Source: an uncultured Desulfobacteraceae bacterium (GTDB lineage Bacteria > Desulfobacterota > Desulfobacteria > Desulfobacterales > SURF-15). Taken from it: DNA of 36,782 bases. Below, in pieces: positions 8,637 to 17,572 of this stretch; within the stretch, counting starts at the first letter, position 1, and each line of letters opens with the position of its first letter. Both the position numbers and the translations under genes were made by a program. Where the stretch lies: positions 1 through 36,782 of the forward strand of contig CAYSUA010000001.1 of the NCBI GenBank assembly GCA_964433795.1, read 5' to 3'. The notes below the pieces were generated by a model, which searched no databases, had not been told where the DNA came from, and worked only from the letters and a program-made list of their open reading frames with translations.

Positions 8637-11072
8637 ATGAGAATTCCTGAAAAGAAAATCATTGGGGTCGTGCTGCTGATTGCTGTACTTATGATATCAA
8701 GCCACGCTCCGGCCCAAGAGCAACATCAAGTTGATCAAACCTCCGGTGCTAAATCAGCATTATCCACACCAGCCCCGAATCTATCCGAGATCATACCCTT
8801 GGCAGCAGAATTGTCCGGTCGTCTGTCGATTCTTGAAAATAAGGTTTCGGGATTACTGGATGTTCATGCTTTTGAAAAGAAGTACGCCGGAATCGATGAG
8901 AACCTGAAGGACCCTGCCGGACAACTACAACGTATGAAGGAGTCGAAACAGTACAGGTTCAATAAAATTCTGGAGCTCAGGGAGACAATCGAGCAATACA
9001 ACGAATTATTAGAAAAAACCAGCAAACCTCTTAGCACAGAAATTCGTCGGCTTAGCACCTTGAGAAATGAGTGGCTGACGGAGAAAAAACGTTGGCGTGA
9101 CTGGCAATCTTCTCTGCGCGAAGAGGGGGCATTCGATCAAATCGAATCAACCTTTGCAAAAGCAAAGGGCGCTATCGACACAGCCCTGGATCTCCTTTTC
9201 TCACAGCTTGTGGCCATGCTGAGAGTTCAGGAGAAGGCCGGTAATATCCAGGCGAAAATTAAAGTGCTTGAAGCCGAAATAAGCACTTTAATCCTAGTTA
9301 AGCGGCGTGGGATCATAATTGACGCATCTCCTCTGATGTTCTCGTCTCGATATTTTTCTCAGTTTTCAATCGAGTTGTGGTATGCATGGCAACAAAGCTT
9401 GGATGAGATCTCATGGCCAGACAGCCGGTTCTTTGCTCGACAGGGTTGGATCGTTCTCCTCCAGGGTTTCCTTTCTCTCATCGTGATCATCTCCATCTAC
9501 CGAAATCGACAGGCGTTATATGACTCAAAACGCCGGCGGTTTCTTGCCGTCAGGCCTTTTTCCGCAGGATTATTCTTTTGTACAATAGTGGCAGTGTTGT
9601 TTTTTGAATATCGGGGGGTTCCGGACACGTGGGCATTTGTAAATGCATTTATTGGCGGGATCTCCTTTGCCCGAATTGTAGGGGTCTTGAATGAACACTC
9701 CTGGAAAAGGCATTTTGTCTATGGACTAACTACCGTTTTGATCGTCACCAAAATCATGGAGGTGACCAGCATACCACTTCCACTTTTCAGAATATACATT
9801 GTCTTAACAGCAGTGGTAGGCATTCTCTTCTGTATACGCTGGGCCGGGGAAAGCCAGCGCCTTAAAGAGTCGAACCTTTATAGCTGGTCGCTTTGGTTGG
9901 TTTCTTTCTTTTTGGCCTTCATCATCATTACGGAAATTCTTGGTAAAGAGGGGTTGGCCGAATATCTGTTCAAATCTCTGATTGGTACGATGGTAACTGT
10001 GCTAGCCTTCATGTTATTAATGTTCATGATTAGCGGTATCTTGGAATGGCTATTCCGCAGCTCACCTCTTAGGCGAGCGATAGCGTTGTATCAGGATACC
10101 GATGCTATTATTCGTCGAGTGGGACGCTTCATCAACGTCGCCATGTGGGGATTGATTGTGTTGCCCATTATTCTTGCGTTCTGGGGAGTTTACGATGACC
10201 TGCAGGGGGCGATGAAAGGTTTGCTCACATTTGGATTCAATCTGGGATCCCAACGGATTAGTGTTGGTGTGGTGATTATTTCAACAGGCATCCTTTATGG
10301 ATCGTTTCTCGCATCCTGGATTGTCCAAAAATTGGTCATTGATGAAGTGCTTATCAGGCGTCGAGTAGAAACGGGAGTCCGGCTTTCAGTAGGACGATTA
10401 TTTCACTATGTCCTCATATTTGCAGGCTTCTTGCTGGCACTATCGATACTTGGATTCGATGTCACAAAACTCACCATCATGCTGAGTGCTCTTGGCGTCG
10501 GTATCGGCTTTGGCCTACAAAGCGTTGTGAACAATTTTGTCAGTGGACTCATTCTGTTATTTGAACGACCTGTCAGGGTGGGTGACTATATCGAAATCGG
10601 CGGGGACTGGGCTGAAATCAAAAGGATCGGCCTTCGATCCGCAACCGTCCAGACCTTCGACCAGGCAGACCTGATCATTCCCAACGCCGACTTGGTGACC
10701 AATCCGGTGACCAATTGGACCCTTAGCAATCGTCAAATCCGGCTTAAAATACCGATAGGAGTGGCCTATGGTTCCGACATTCCCCTGGTGATGGAAACGC
10801 TGATGAATTGTGCCAAAGCAAATTCAAGGGTAGCTGAAACGCCCGCGCCTCAGGTGTTGTTTTTGAAATTCGGGGAGAGCGCACTTGAATTCGAGCTTCG
10901 CGTATTTGCAGCGAACGCCGATTACATGATGGTGGTCAGAAGTGAGCTTCACCAGGAAATTGACCGGAGTTTCCGGGAAGCAAAAATCGAGATTGCCTTT
11001 CCCCAACGGGATCTTCACCTGCGCAGTATGGATGAATCGGTCATTTTACAGCCTCAGGAAACTGCGAAATAA
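8637..11072 (+). CDS. Mechanosensitive ion channel, MscK/KefA-like (MscS family)
   Basis: Trimmed to ATG 8637, which is preceded by gggaggag. It has an N-terminal signal peptide ('VVLLIAVLMISSHAPAQ'), a long coiled-coil periplasmic region, about 11 TM helices, and a C-terminal MscS core 'GFGLQSVVNNFVSGLILLFERPVRVGDYIEI'. Confidence 0.88.
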   Translation: MRIPEKKIIGVVLLIAVLMISSHAPAQEQHQVDQTSGAKSALSTPAPNLSEIIPLAAELSGRLSILENKVSGLLDVHAFEKKYAGIDENLKDPAGQLQRMKESKQYRFNKILELRETIEQYNELLEKTSKPLSTEIRRLSTLRNEWLTEKKRWRDWQSSLREEGAFDQIESTFAKAKGAIDTALDLLFSQLVAMLRVQEKAGNIQAKIKVLEAEISTLILVKRRGIIIDASPLMFSSRYFSQFSIELWYAWQQSLDEISWPDSRFFARQGWIVLLQGFLSLIVIISIYRNRQALYDSKRRRFLAVRPFSAGLFFCTIVAVLFFEYRGVPDTWAFVNAFIGGISFARIVGVLNEHSWKRHFVYGLTTVLIVTKIMEVTSIPLPLFRIYIVLTAVVGILFCIRWAGESQRLKESNLYSWSLWLVSFFLAFIIITEILGKEGLAEYLFKSLIGTMVTVLAFMLLMFMISGILEWLFRSSPLRRAIALYQDTDAIIRRVGRFINVAMWGLIVLPIILAFWGVYDDLQGAMKGLLTFGFNLGSQRISVGVVIISTGILYGSFLASWIVQKLVIDEVLIRRRVETGVRLSVGRLFHYVLIFAGFLLALSILGFDVTKLTIMLSALGVGIGFGLQSVVNNFVSGLILLFERPVRVGDYIEIGGDWAEIKRIGLRSATVQTFDQADLIIPNADLVTNPVTNWTLSNRQIRLKIPIGVAYGSDIPLVMETLMNCAKANSRVAETPAPQVLFLKFGESALEFELRVFAANADYMMVVRSELHQEIDRSFREAKIEIAFPQRDLHLRSMDESVILQPQETAK

Positions 11073-11263
11073 CGTTTTGGGTTTGCCGGTTGAAAGATAC
11101 TCATGGACTCAAAGTTTTATAAAGATTGAAAAAAGGAAAGATGGGGTATTGGAGTGATACAACAGTGGGTATGTAGAAAAAGGACCACCTTCCTGTGGGC
11201 CTCTGCTATTGCGAACACGAATGCCCAACACCCCAACAACCCAAATGTTAATAATGTACACTA

Positions 11264-11292
11264 TTGACAAAAGAACCGGTAACGGCTAACAT
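11264..11292 (+). promoter_or_regulatory. Candidate sigma70 promoter for the Phd/PIN module
   Basis: TTGACA (11264-11269), a 17-nt spacer, then TAACAT (11287-11292), about 30 nt upstream of ATG 11325. Confidence 0.35.
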
Positions 11293-11324
11293 GTCTTTAT
11301 ATGTCTTTCGAGGAGGTGGCTTCT

Positions 11325-11612
11325 ATGTCGAAACGTATAAGTGCCCGTGAGGCCCGGAACAAGTTTGCCGATCTAATGGGAAGCGTGCATTACGGGGGCG
11401 AGGAGGTCATCGTGGAGCGGTCCGGACGCCCCGTGGCGGCCGTCATTCCCGTTGATATGTACGAGCGTTTGGTTGTCGAACGCCGTGCCCGTTTCGAAGT
11501 GCTGGACGAAATCCGGTCCCGTCTTCCCGATGTTTCTTCCGAAGAAGTCGAAAAGGACGTGGCCCTGGCCCTCAAGAAGGTAAGGACCGCTCGTGCTGAA
11601 GATCGTTCTTGA
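11325..11612 (+). CDS. Type II antitoxin, Phd/YefM family
   Basis: Trimmed to ATG 11325 (RBS gaggaggtg). 'ISAREARNKFADLMGSVHYGGEEVIVERSGRPVAAVIP' is a typical Phd/YefM N-terminal fold. It overlaps the downstream PIN gene by 20 nt. Confidence 0.8.
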   Translation: MSKRISAREARNKFADLMGSVHYGGEEVIVERSGRPVAAVIPVDMYERLVVERRARFEVLDEIRSRLPDVSSEEVEKDVALALKKVRTARAEDRS

Positions 11613-12027
11613 CACCAACATCTTCATAAGCAGCCTCCTGTCCCGATCCGGTCGCCCTGCTACGATAATAGACGCTTGGCGCGCCGGACGATACCTGTAC
11701 CTGCTTGTCACTTCTCCCTCTATTATCTCCGAGATCCAGCGGGTTCTCGATGCCCCTCGTATCAGCAAAAAATACGGTCTCGGTCGCGACCAGATTGAAA
11801 AACTCATCTTTTTACTTAAAAGAGATGCCCTCGTTGTTCCCGGGATTTCGGATGCCGCCGGGACCATTCCGGAAGATCCCGCGGATGAGATGTTTCTGTC
11901 CACCGCCCTGGATGCCGGGGCCGACTTCATCGTCAGCGGTGACCGGCACCTCCTAGATCTTCGCGAATACAAGGGCATTCCCATCCTCACGGTTCATCAA
12001 TTCTCAGTGCGTCTGGAAACCCGGTAA
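11593..12027 (+). CDS. PIN-domain toxin (TIGR00305-like putative ribonuclease)
   Basis: GTG start. It has 'IVLDTNIFISSLL' (first acidic PIN residue) and 'FIVSGDRHLLDL' near the C-terminus. Confidence 0.8.
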   Translation: MLKIVLDTNIFISSLLSRSGRPATIIDAWRAGRYLYLLVTSPSIISEIQRVLDAPRISKKYGLGRDQIEKLIFLLKRDALVVPGISDAAGTIPEDPADEMFLSTALDAGADFIVSGDRHLLDLREYKGIPILTVHQFSVRLETR

Positions 12028-12145
12028 TCCTCCTAATTCTCTTTCTGGAGCAGCCGAAACGCTTCCCCCTTCACTATTATCGATCCGTCGCCCTTCGTCG
12101 TAATATCACTCCCAAAAGATAAGATATTGTTATTTCAAAGTGGAT

Positions 12146-13180
12146 TTACACCGGGATTTCAATTTTCTTTTCTTTTTCGTTGATGGGATGGGCCCAATAA
12201 ATGACCAGTTTTCCGGCACGGAGATCGAACAGGCAGGTTGCCAGTGTTGCGATGTCATCCGGGGGAAGGGCATTGCGGAAGATGGGATAGTTTGAATCTT
12301 TTTGATCGGAGAGAATACTCAATACACTCGATTTATTCGGTTCTGTTTCGGCCTGCATGAGATCGTCTGCCCGAATCACACGGGTTTCACTGGAAGCGCC
12401 GATGGTCTGGAGCATGGGTTCAATATCCAGATAATGGTTGCTCCGGTAGTCGATTCCGTTAATTTCTTTTACCTTGAATTGATCCGGAGTAACTTCCACA
12501 TTGACGATCCGGTTTTCTTTGACGGAACCGATGGAAAAATTAAAGCCTGATGCGCGGTTTTCGGGGGTAATCCGTTTGACGGCATCGTCGATGCTGAGTG
12601 CTTCAAACAACGATCGGGTCAGAAAATGCCTTCCGATACCGATGCGAACATTCGGGGGTCTTACATCATTAATACAGAAACAGATGCCTTCGTTATTGAA
12701 ACCGAACGCGTTACCGCATAAAAATCCCGGATATGAAAAAGCGGTAAATGATGGATGATCCGGGATATCCACTTCCACCACATAGCTGCTATCTTTGTAG
12801 ATGGGCAATCCGTCTTCGTTGTGGCCGATAATGGTATGCCGATCCGTCTTCAAAGAGACCGTTGAGCATCCCTGGTTTACTTTTCCGCCTGTAAAGACCC
12901 GATACTCCCCTCTGAGGTTGATAATAAACAGTTCCTCGAAAGAAACATTTGCTCCGTCGGAAATACCCTCAAGCTCTGAAACATAATGCGGATAGAGCTT
13001 TTTATGCAAAACGAAGAGTTCGCTGAATACCTGCTGTCCCTCCGGGGTTCGATGAAAGGGAAGAAATCTATCCTGCAGGGTCTTGTTTTCCTTTAATCCC
13101 TGGCGAATTTTTTCTGAAAAATGTCGGCCGATGGAAATTCCGATTTCAGCATGTGTACCATTAACCTTTAAGTGATCCAT
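12146..13180 (-). CDS. Peptidase C45 / acyl-CoA:6-aminopenicillanic-acid acyltransferase-like Ntn hydrolase
   Basis: 344 aa. The N-terminus 'LKVNGTHAEIGISIGRHF' and the putative nucleophile context 'NQGCSTVSL' resemble the C45/AAT family. This is recognised by eye only. Confidence 0.65.
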   Translation of the reverse strand: MDHLKVNGTHAEIGISIGRHFSEKIRQGLKENKTLQDRFLPFHRTPEGQQVFSELFVLHKKLYPHYVSELEGISDGANVSFEELFIINLRGEYRVFTGGKVNQGCSTVSLKTDRHTIIGHNEDGLPIYKDSSYVVEVDIPDHPSFTAFSYPGFLCGNAFGFNNEGICFCINDVRPPNVRIGIGRHFLTRSLFEALSIDDAVKRITPENRASGFNFSIGSVKENRIVNVEVTPDQFKVKEINGIDYRSNHYLDIEPMLQTIGASSETRVIRADDLMQAETEPNKSSVLSILSDQKDSNYPIFRNALPPDDIATLATCLFDLRAGKLVIYWAHPINEKEKKIEIPV

Positions 13181-13183
13181 GAG

Positions 13184-14341
13184 TTATTCCCTGTTCTCCA
13201 ATAATCGAATAGGATACATTCCATATTTATTAGCGGCTTCGTACATCCTGCAGAAATTCTCAGGGCTGACGCCTTTTTGGATATTGTGTACGGCTGTGAG
13301 CACATAACCGCCCCCCGGAGCAAGGTCTGCAATCCGCTTTTTTACTTCTTCTTCCACATCATTTGGGGTGCCGAAGGGCAGAACTGACTGGGTATCGATA
13401 CCACCCCAGAACGTAATCTGATCTCCGAATTCGGACTTCAACTGTTTGGTGTCCATTTCCTTTGCAGCGACCTGGACAGGATTCAATATATCCACCCCCA
13501 TCTCGATGAGATCCGGTATGAACCGGGTGACACTGCCGCAGGAGTGAAGGAATAGCTTTGCGTCGGTATATTGTTTGATAATCTGCCAAAGCTTTTTCTG
13601 GTAGGGTTTAACCAGTTCTCTGAAATGCTCCATGGAAACAAGCGGGCCTCTTTCGGTTCCGAGATCGTCTGATGTCATGATCACATCAATATATTCACCC
13701 ACCTGCTCCAGGTAGTTTGTGTAATACCTGATCTGGAGATCCGTGAGTTTCTCAAAATAGGCATGAATGAAGTCGGGGTTCAGCGCCATATCCATGAAGA
13801 ATTTTTCAGGGCCGCATAACAACACCCACCCGGTTTCGAAAAGACCTAGAACCGGCTGATCGCCGATAACAGCATAATCCGTCTCTTCCTTCAGTCGTTT
13901 GGCTTCTTCCCGAATCCCCTCATACCGCCCCGGATCATCCGGGTCCGGCCAGGGATGAGCTTTCAGATCTTCTATGGTTGCTGATTTTAATGGATGGTCC
14001 ACCGGATCCCAGTACAGGCTGGAGGGCGGCTTTTTCCATCGGGTTCCCCACTCATCCACATAGGAATTGTCCGGATCGATTTTGGTTTTGAAATTCTTAG
14101 GCGGTTTTATATGGATGTAGCGGGTGTCGATGTTGAATTTGTCCAGAACTTCCGGATGCGGCATCACATGATCCCTGAGAAACGCTACTGACTCCCCTTT
14201 GATTCCCAGATATTCCTTTAGTTCCTCATAGGGGTCTGTTTCAATGGTCGTGGACAGGCCGCCAAGGTCCAGAGGAACCCGATCCGGTTCTTCATGATTC
14301 AATGCCGTCAATACTCTTTCCCTGGGTGTCATGGTTGCCAT
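13184..14341 (-). CDS. Uroporphyrinogen-decarboxylase (URO-D) family protein (MtaA/CmuA-like methyltransferase or decarboxylase-like)
   Basis: Trimmed to ATG 14341, which is preceded by aggagg. 'TPRERVLTALNHEEPDRVPLDLGG' is a typical URO-D-family N-terminus. The stop lies 3 nt before the C45 gene start. Confidence 0.78.
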   Translation of the reverse strand: MATMTPRERVLTALNHEEPDRVPLDLGGLSTTIETDPYEELKEYLGIKGESVAFLRDHVMPHPEVLDKFNIDTRYIHIKPPKNFKTKIDPDNSYVDEWGTRWKKPPSSLYWDPVDHPLKSATIEDLKAHPWPDPDDPGRYEGIREEAKRLKEETDYAVIGDQPVLGLFETGWVLLCGPEKFFMDMALNPDFIHAYFEKLTDLQIRYYTNYLEQVGEYIDVIMTSDDLGTERGPLVSMEHFRELVKPYQKKLWQIIKQYTDAKLFLHSCGSVTRFIPDLIEMGVDILNPVQVAAKEMDTKQLKSEFGDQITFWGGIDTQSVLPFGTPNDVEEEVKKRIADLAPGGGYVLTAVHNIQKGVSPENFCRMYEAANKYGMYPIRLLENRE

Positions 14342-14429
14342 GTTTGGAATCCTCCTGTGTGGATGAATTGATGATAGCATAGGAATAATCAAACAGTTGC
14401 GAGAATGTCAACCAAATGGACGCTCATTT

Positions 14430-14461
14430 TTCTTGACAACTTGTCAAGAAAACGTTAATGT
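14430..14461 (+). promoter_or_regulatory. Candidate promoter with overlapping palindromic operator for vapBC
   Basis: Perfect 10-bp inverted repeat 'ttcttgacaa c ttgtcaagaa' (14430-14450). It embeds TTGACA (14433-14438), followed by a 17-nt spacer and TAATGT (14456-14461). Confidence 0.5.
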
Positions 14462-14497
14462 GGCACTTATTACTAATTCCTGTCTTAGGAGACCACC

Positions 14498-14737
14498 ATG
14501 CAAACACTGTCCGTCGGGGAGCTAAAGGCGAATTTTTCCGAAGTCCTCGAAAAGGTAAAAAAGGGGGAAGAAATAGCCATCAGTTATGGGAAAAAGCGAG
14601 AAAGGGTTGCGGTTCTTCTTCCGTATTCTCGTTATGGCCAAAAACAGCCCAGAAAACTGGGACCCCTTAAAGGGCGTGCCGGTTGCATCATACACAAGGA
14701 TTTTAAAATAACTGACGAAGACCTGCTTTTATCATGA
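14498..14737 (+). CDS. vapB: Type II antitoxin (Phd/YefM-like, VapB partner)
   Basis: 79 aa. 'LSVGELKANFSEVLEKVKKGEEIAISYGKKRERVAVLLPY' is the prevent-host-death pattern. RBS aggagaccacc. It has a 4-nt ATGA overlap with the downstream PIN gene. Confidence 0.75.
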   Translation: MQTLSVGELKANFSEVLEKVKKGEEIAISYGKKRERVAVLLPYSRYGQKQPRKLGPLKGRAGCIIHKDFKITDEDLLLS

Positions 14738-15132
14738 AATATCTGATGGATACCCACGCGCTCCTTTGGGCTATTTTTGAACCTGAAAAAATGAGTAAAT
14801 CCGCCAGGGAGTTGATTAAAGACCCTCAAAATGAAGTGTTTGCCAGTATTATAAGTTTCTGGGAGATTTCCCTAAAGTTCTCCATTGGAAAACTTGAACT
14901 GATAAATACCACACCTGAAACGCTGCCGAAAATTGCCGAAGAAATGGGTGTTGAGATACTCCCGGTAGAAGCAAATGAGGCTGCGAGTTTTCATAAGCTA
15001 CCAAGAAAGAGACATAAGGATCCCTTCGATCGGATGGTAGCGTGGCAGGCGATTTCAAGGAAAATGACGCTCATATCCCGTGATCGGGAATTCAAACAGT
15101 ATAAGCAATTCGGACTCCGCCTTGTTTGGTAA
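14734..15132 (+). CDS. vapC: Type II toxin VapC (PIN-domain ribonuclease)
   Basis: 'YLMDTHALLWA', 'ISFWEISLK' and 'DPFDRMVAWQA' supply the conserved acidic PIN residues. Confidence 0.85.
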   Translation: MKYLMDTHALLWAIFEPEKMSKSARELIKDPQNEVFASIISFWEISLKFSIGKLELINTTPETLPKIAEEMGVEILPVEANEAASFHKLPRKRHKDPFDRMVAWQAISRKMTLISRDREFKQYKQFGLRLVW

Positions 15133-15147
15133 GACAATAAACGCCTG

Positions 15148-16428
15148 CTATTCCTCCAATAGTTTTTCTGCACTCGCCAGCAGAATGCAGACGGTCACCA
15201 GCTCCATGGCGGTTTGGACCTGATCCTCCGGAGAAAACGTCGGCGCAATGCGGATATTTCGGTCTCTGGGATCCCTGCCGTAAGGGTAGGTGGCTCCGGC
15301 AGGGGTCAGTTTGACCCCGGCATCTGCGGCCATTTGAACCACTTTTTTCGCACAACCGTCCATCACATTCAAGCTGATGAAATATCCGCCGTTTGGGCGA
15401 CTCCATTCCGCGATGTTTTTATTTCCAAGCGCTTCTGCTAACACGTTCTGAACGACATCGAATTTCGGCTTTATGATGGCCGAATGTTTTTTCATGTGGC
15501 TTTCTATGCCGGCCATGTTTTTGAGGAAACGGACATGCCGGAGCTGATTGATCTTATCCGGGCCGATGGTCTGAACGGACATCAGCTTCCGGGTATGTTC
15601 CATGTTCTTAACGCTTCCGGCCATCAAAGCAATACCGGCTCCGGCAATACTGATTTTCGAGGTGGAACCGAAAATGAAGACCCTTTCCGGATTCCCGGCC
15701 TGCCTGCAGGCATCCAGAACATTTTTCAAGGTGTCGGGTGTATCCGTCAGGTGATGGGCGGTATATGCATTGTCCCAGAACATTCGAAAATCTTCGGCCT
15801 TTGTATTCATGCTTGCGAGCCGGTCCACCACCTCATCCGAAAAGCTAATTCCTGTGGGGTTGTTGTATTTCGGGGTACACCAGATGCCCTTGATGGCATC
15901 ATCTCCGGATACCAGTTCCTCCACCCGATCCATATCCGGTCCGTTGCCGTCCATTTCAACCGGAATCATATCGATGTCCAAATACTCACAGATAAAAAAG
16001 TGCCGATCATAACCGGGGCTCGGACAAACAAATTTTATCTTCGGAAGTTTTCCCCAGGGAACTTCGCTGTCCACTGTGCCATGGAGAATGGCCCGCACAA
16101 TGGCATCATGCATGATAGCGAGGCTGGAGTTTCCGCCGATAACGATTTCTTCGGGAGCGACTTCGAGAAATTCGGCAAACAGCTTTTTGGCTTCCGGAAG
16201 ACCGTCGAGCCCTCCGTAGTTTCGACAATCAATGCCCTCAGCCGATTTATAGCTCTCTCCATCGATGCAGTCGAGCATTCCGTTGGCAAGGTCCAATTGC
16301 TCTGCGCAGGGTTTACCTCGTGTTATATCGAGGCTCAAATTTTTCGCTTTAAATTCCTGATACTGATTCTGCAGATCCCTTTTGTGCGCCTCCAGTTCAC
16401 TTACGCTGAGTTTGGTAAAGTCCGTCAT
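15148..16428 (-). CDS. PLP-dependent aminotransferase, class I/II fold (AspT-like subgroup)
   Basis: Trimmed to ATG 16428, which overlaps the upstream stop as ATGA. It has 'LSLDITRGKPCAEQLDL' and the PLP-lysine context 'FGSTSKISIAGAG'. Confidence 0.8.
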   Translation of the reverse strand: MTDFTKLSVSELEAHKRDLQNQYQEFKAKNLSLDITRGKPCAEQLDLANGMLDCIDGESYKSAEGIDCRNYGGLDGLPEAKKLFAEFLEVAPEEIVIGGNSSLAIMHDAIVRAILHGTVDSEVPWGKLPKIKFVCPSPGYDRHFFICEYLDIDMIPVEMDGNGPDMDRVEELVSGDDAIKGIWCTPKYNNPTGISFSDEVVDRLASMNTKAEDFRMFWDNAYTAHHLTDTPDTLKNVLDACRQAGNPERVFIFGSTSKISIAGAGIALMAGSVKNMEHTRKLMSVQTIGPDKINQLRHVRFLKNMAGIESHMKKHSAIIKPKFDVVQNVLAEALGNKNIAEWSRPNGGYFISLNVMDGCAKKVVQMAADAGVKLTPAGATYPYGRDPRDRNIRIAPTFSPEDQVQTAMELVTVCILLASAEKLLEE

Positions 16429-17405
16429 CTTTTTTTCTCCTGTTTTGATGCTGCAACCGTTTCGGCCAGCAGACATAAGATTTCATACATGATGGCAGCA
16501 CCCACAAGTGCGGTGTTGCCGCTCGGGTCATATGGGGGCGCTACCTCCACCACATCTGCACCGATTAGATTCAATCCGCTAAGGCCCCTCAACAGCGCCT
16601 GGGCATCGATGGTGGTCAAACCACCCACTTCCGGAGTTCCTGTACCGGGAGCATACACCGGGTCCAGGCCGTCGATATCAAAAGAAATGTAAGTAGGCCC
16701 TTCCCCTACCACGCTTCGCGTTTCCGCGATCACTGCCTGCACACCGAGCCTTACGAATTCTTCGATAAAAATGACTCGCATGCCATTCTCGTGCGAGTAA
16801 TCCCAGCCCTCGGTTGAGTTTTGAGGCCCGCGAATACCGATCTGCACCGTACGTTTCGGGTCCAGCAAACCTTCCTCAACAGCCCGGCGAAACGGTGACC
16901 CGTGTGCGAATTTAGAGCCAAAAGACCCGTCCCAAGTATCGGTATGCGCGTCGACATGAATCAATCCGACGGGCCCACCTGAAGCAAACGTGCGGAGAAT
17001 CGGAAGGGTGATGGAATGATCGCCGCCTGCAGCCAGGATGACGACGCCGGCGGAATGAATGCGTTTGAAGAATTGAGTTATGTCCTGATGAGCAGCCTCC
17101 ACATCGTATACGTTTGTGAAAGGGACATCGCCTGCGTCACCAATTCGGCACAGGGAATAGGGATTTACTCGCGTCACGTGGTGAATGGATCGCATCATGC
17201 TGGATGCGTTGCGAATTTCACGCGGACCGTGCCGGGCGCCGGGTCGGTTTGTCACCGCACCATCATAGGGGACACCGATCATGGCAATGTCAACGTCGGA
17301 CGGATGGGTGATCAGCGGGGTTCTCATAAATGTTGGAATTCCCATATACCGCGGGGCTTTCATGGTTTCTGAGGGATCTTTTTTGATAGAATCTTGTTCT
17401 TTCAT
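16425..17405 (-). CDS. Ureohydrolase of the agmatinase/guanidino-acid hydrolase family
   Basis: Mn-binding motifs 'GGDHSITLPILR', 'IHVDAHTDTWD' and 'SFDIDGLDP'. RBS aggtga. The substrate (agmatine or another guanidino compound) cannot be decided from the sequence. Confidence 0.85.
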   Translation of the reverse strand: MKEQDSIKKDPSETMKAPRYMGIPTFMRTPLITHPSDVDIAMIGVPYDGAVTNRPGARHGPREIRNASSMMRSIHHVTRVNPYSLCRIGDAGDVPFTNVYDVEAAHQDITQFFKRIHSAGVVILAAGGDHSITLPILRTFASGGPVGLIHVDAHTDTWDGSFGSKFAHGSPFRRAVEEGLLDPKRTVQIGIRGPQNSTEGWDYSHENGMRVIFIEEFVRLGVQAVIAETRSVVGEGPTYISFDIDGLDPVYAPGTGTPEVGGLTTIDAQALLRGLSGLNLIGADVVEVAPPYDPSGNTALVGAAIMYEILCLLAETVAASKQEKKR

Positions 17406-17572
17406 TGTTCACCTATGTCTGTCTTCCCTATGGAGTTGACTCCTTGTTTCCGAAAACGGATTCTGTTGACTATCCGGTTTTTGTTCCTGTAAAAAACAGT
17501 ACTCGATTCTTTAAATCAAACGATATATGATTTCAACAAGCATTTCCGAAAAACTGAAACGGGGGTAATTCC

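Noticed and set aside
15484-16692. 402-aa plus-strand ORF, the longest unassigned ORF in the track.
   Set aside because: It lies fully antisense to the aminotransferase and ureohydrolase genes, which carry clear family motifs. It has no recognisable motifs and no RBS, and its composition is biased (Gly/His/Phe-rich), as expected for a shadow ORF.
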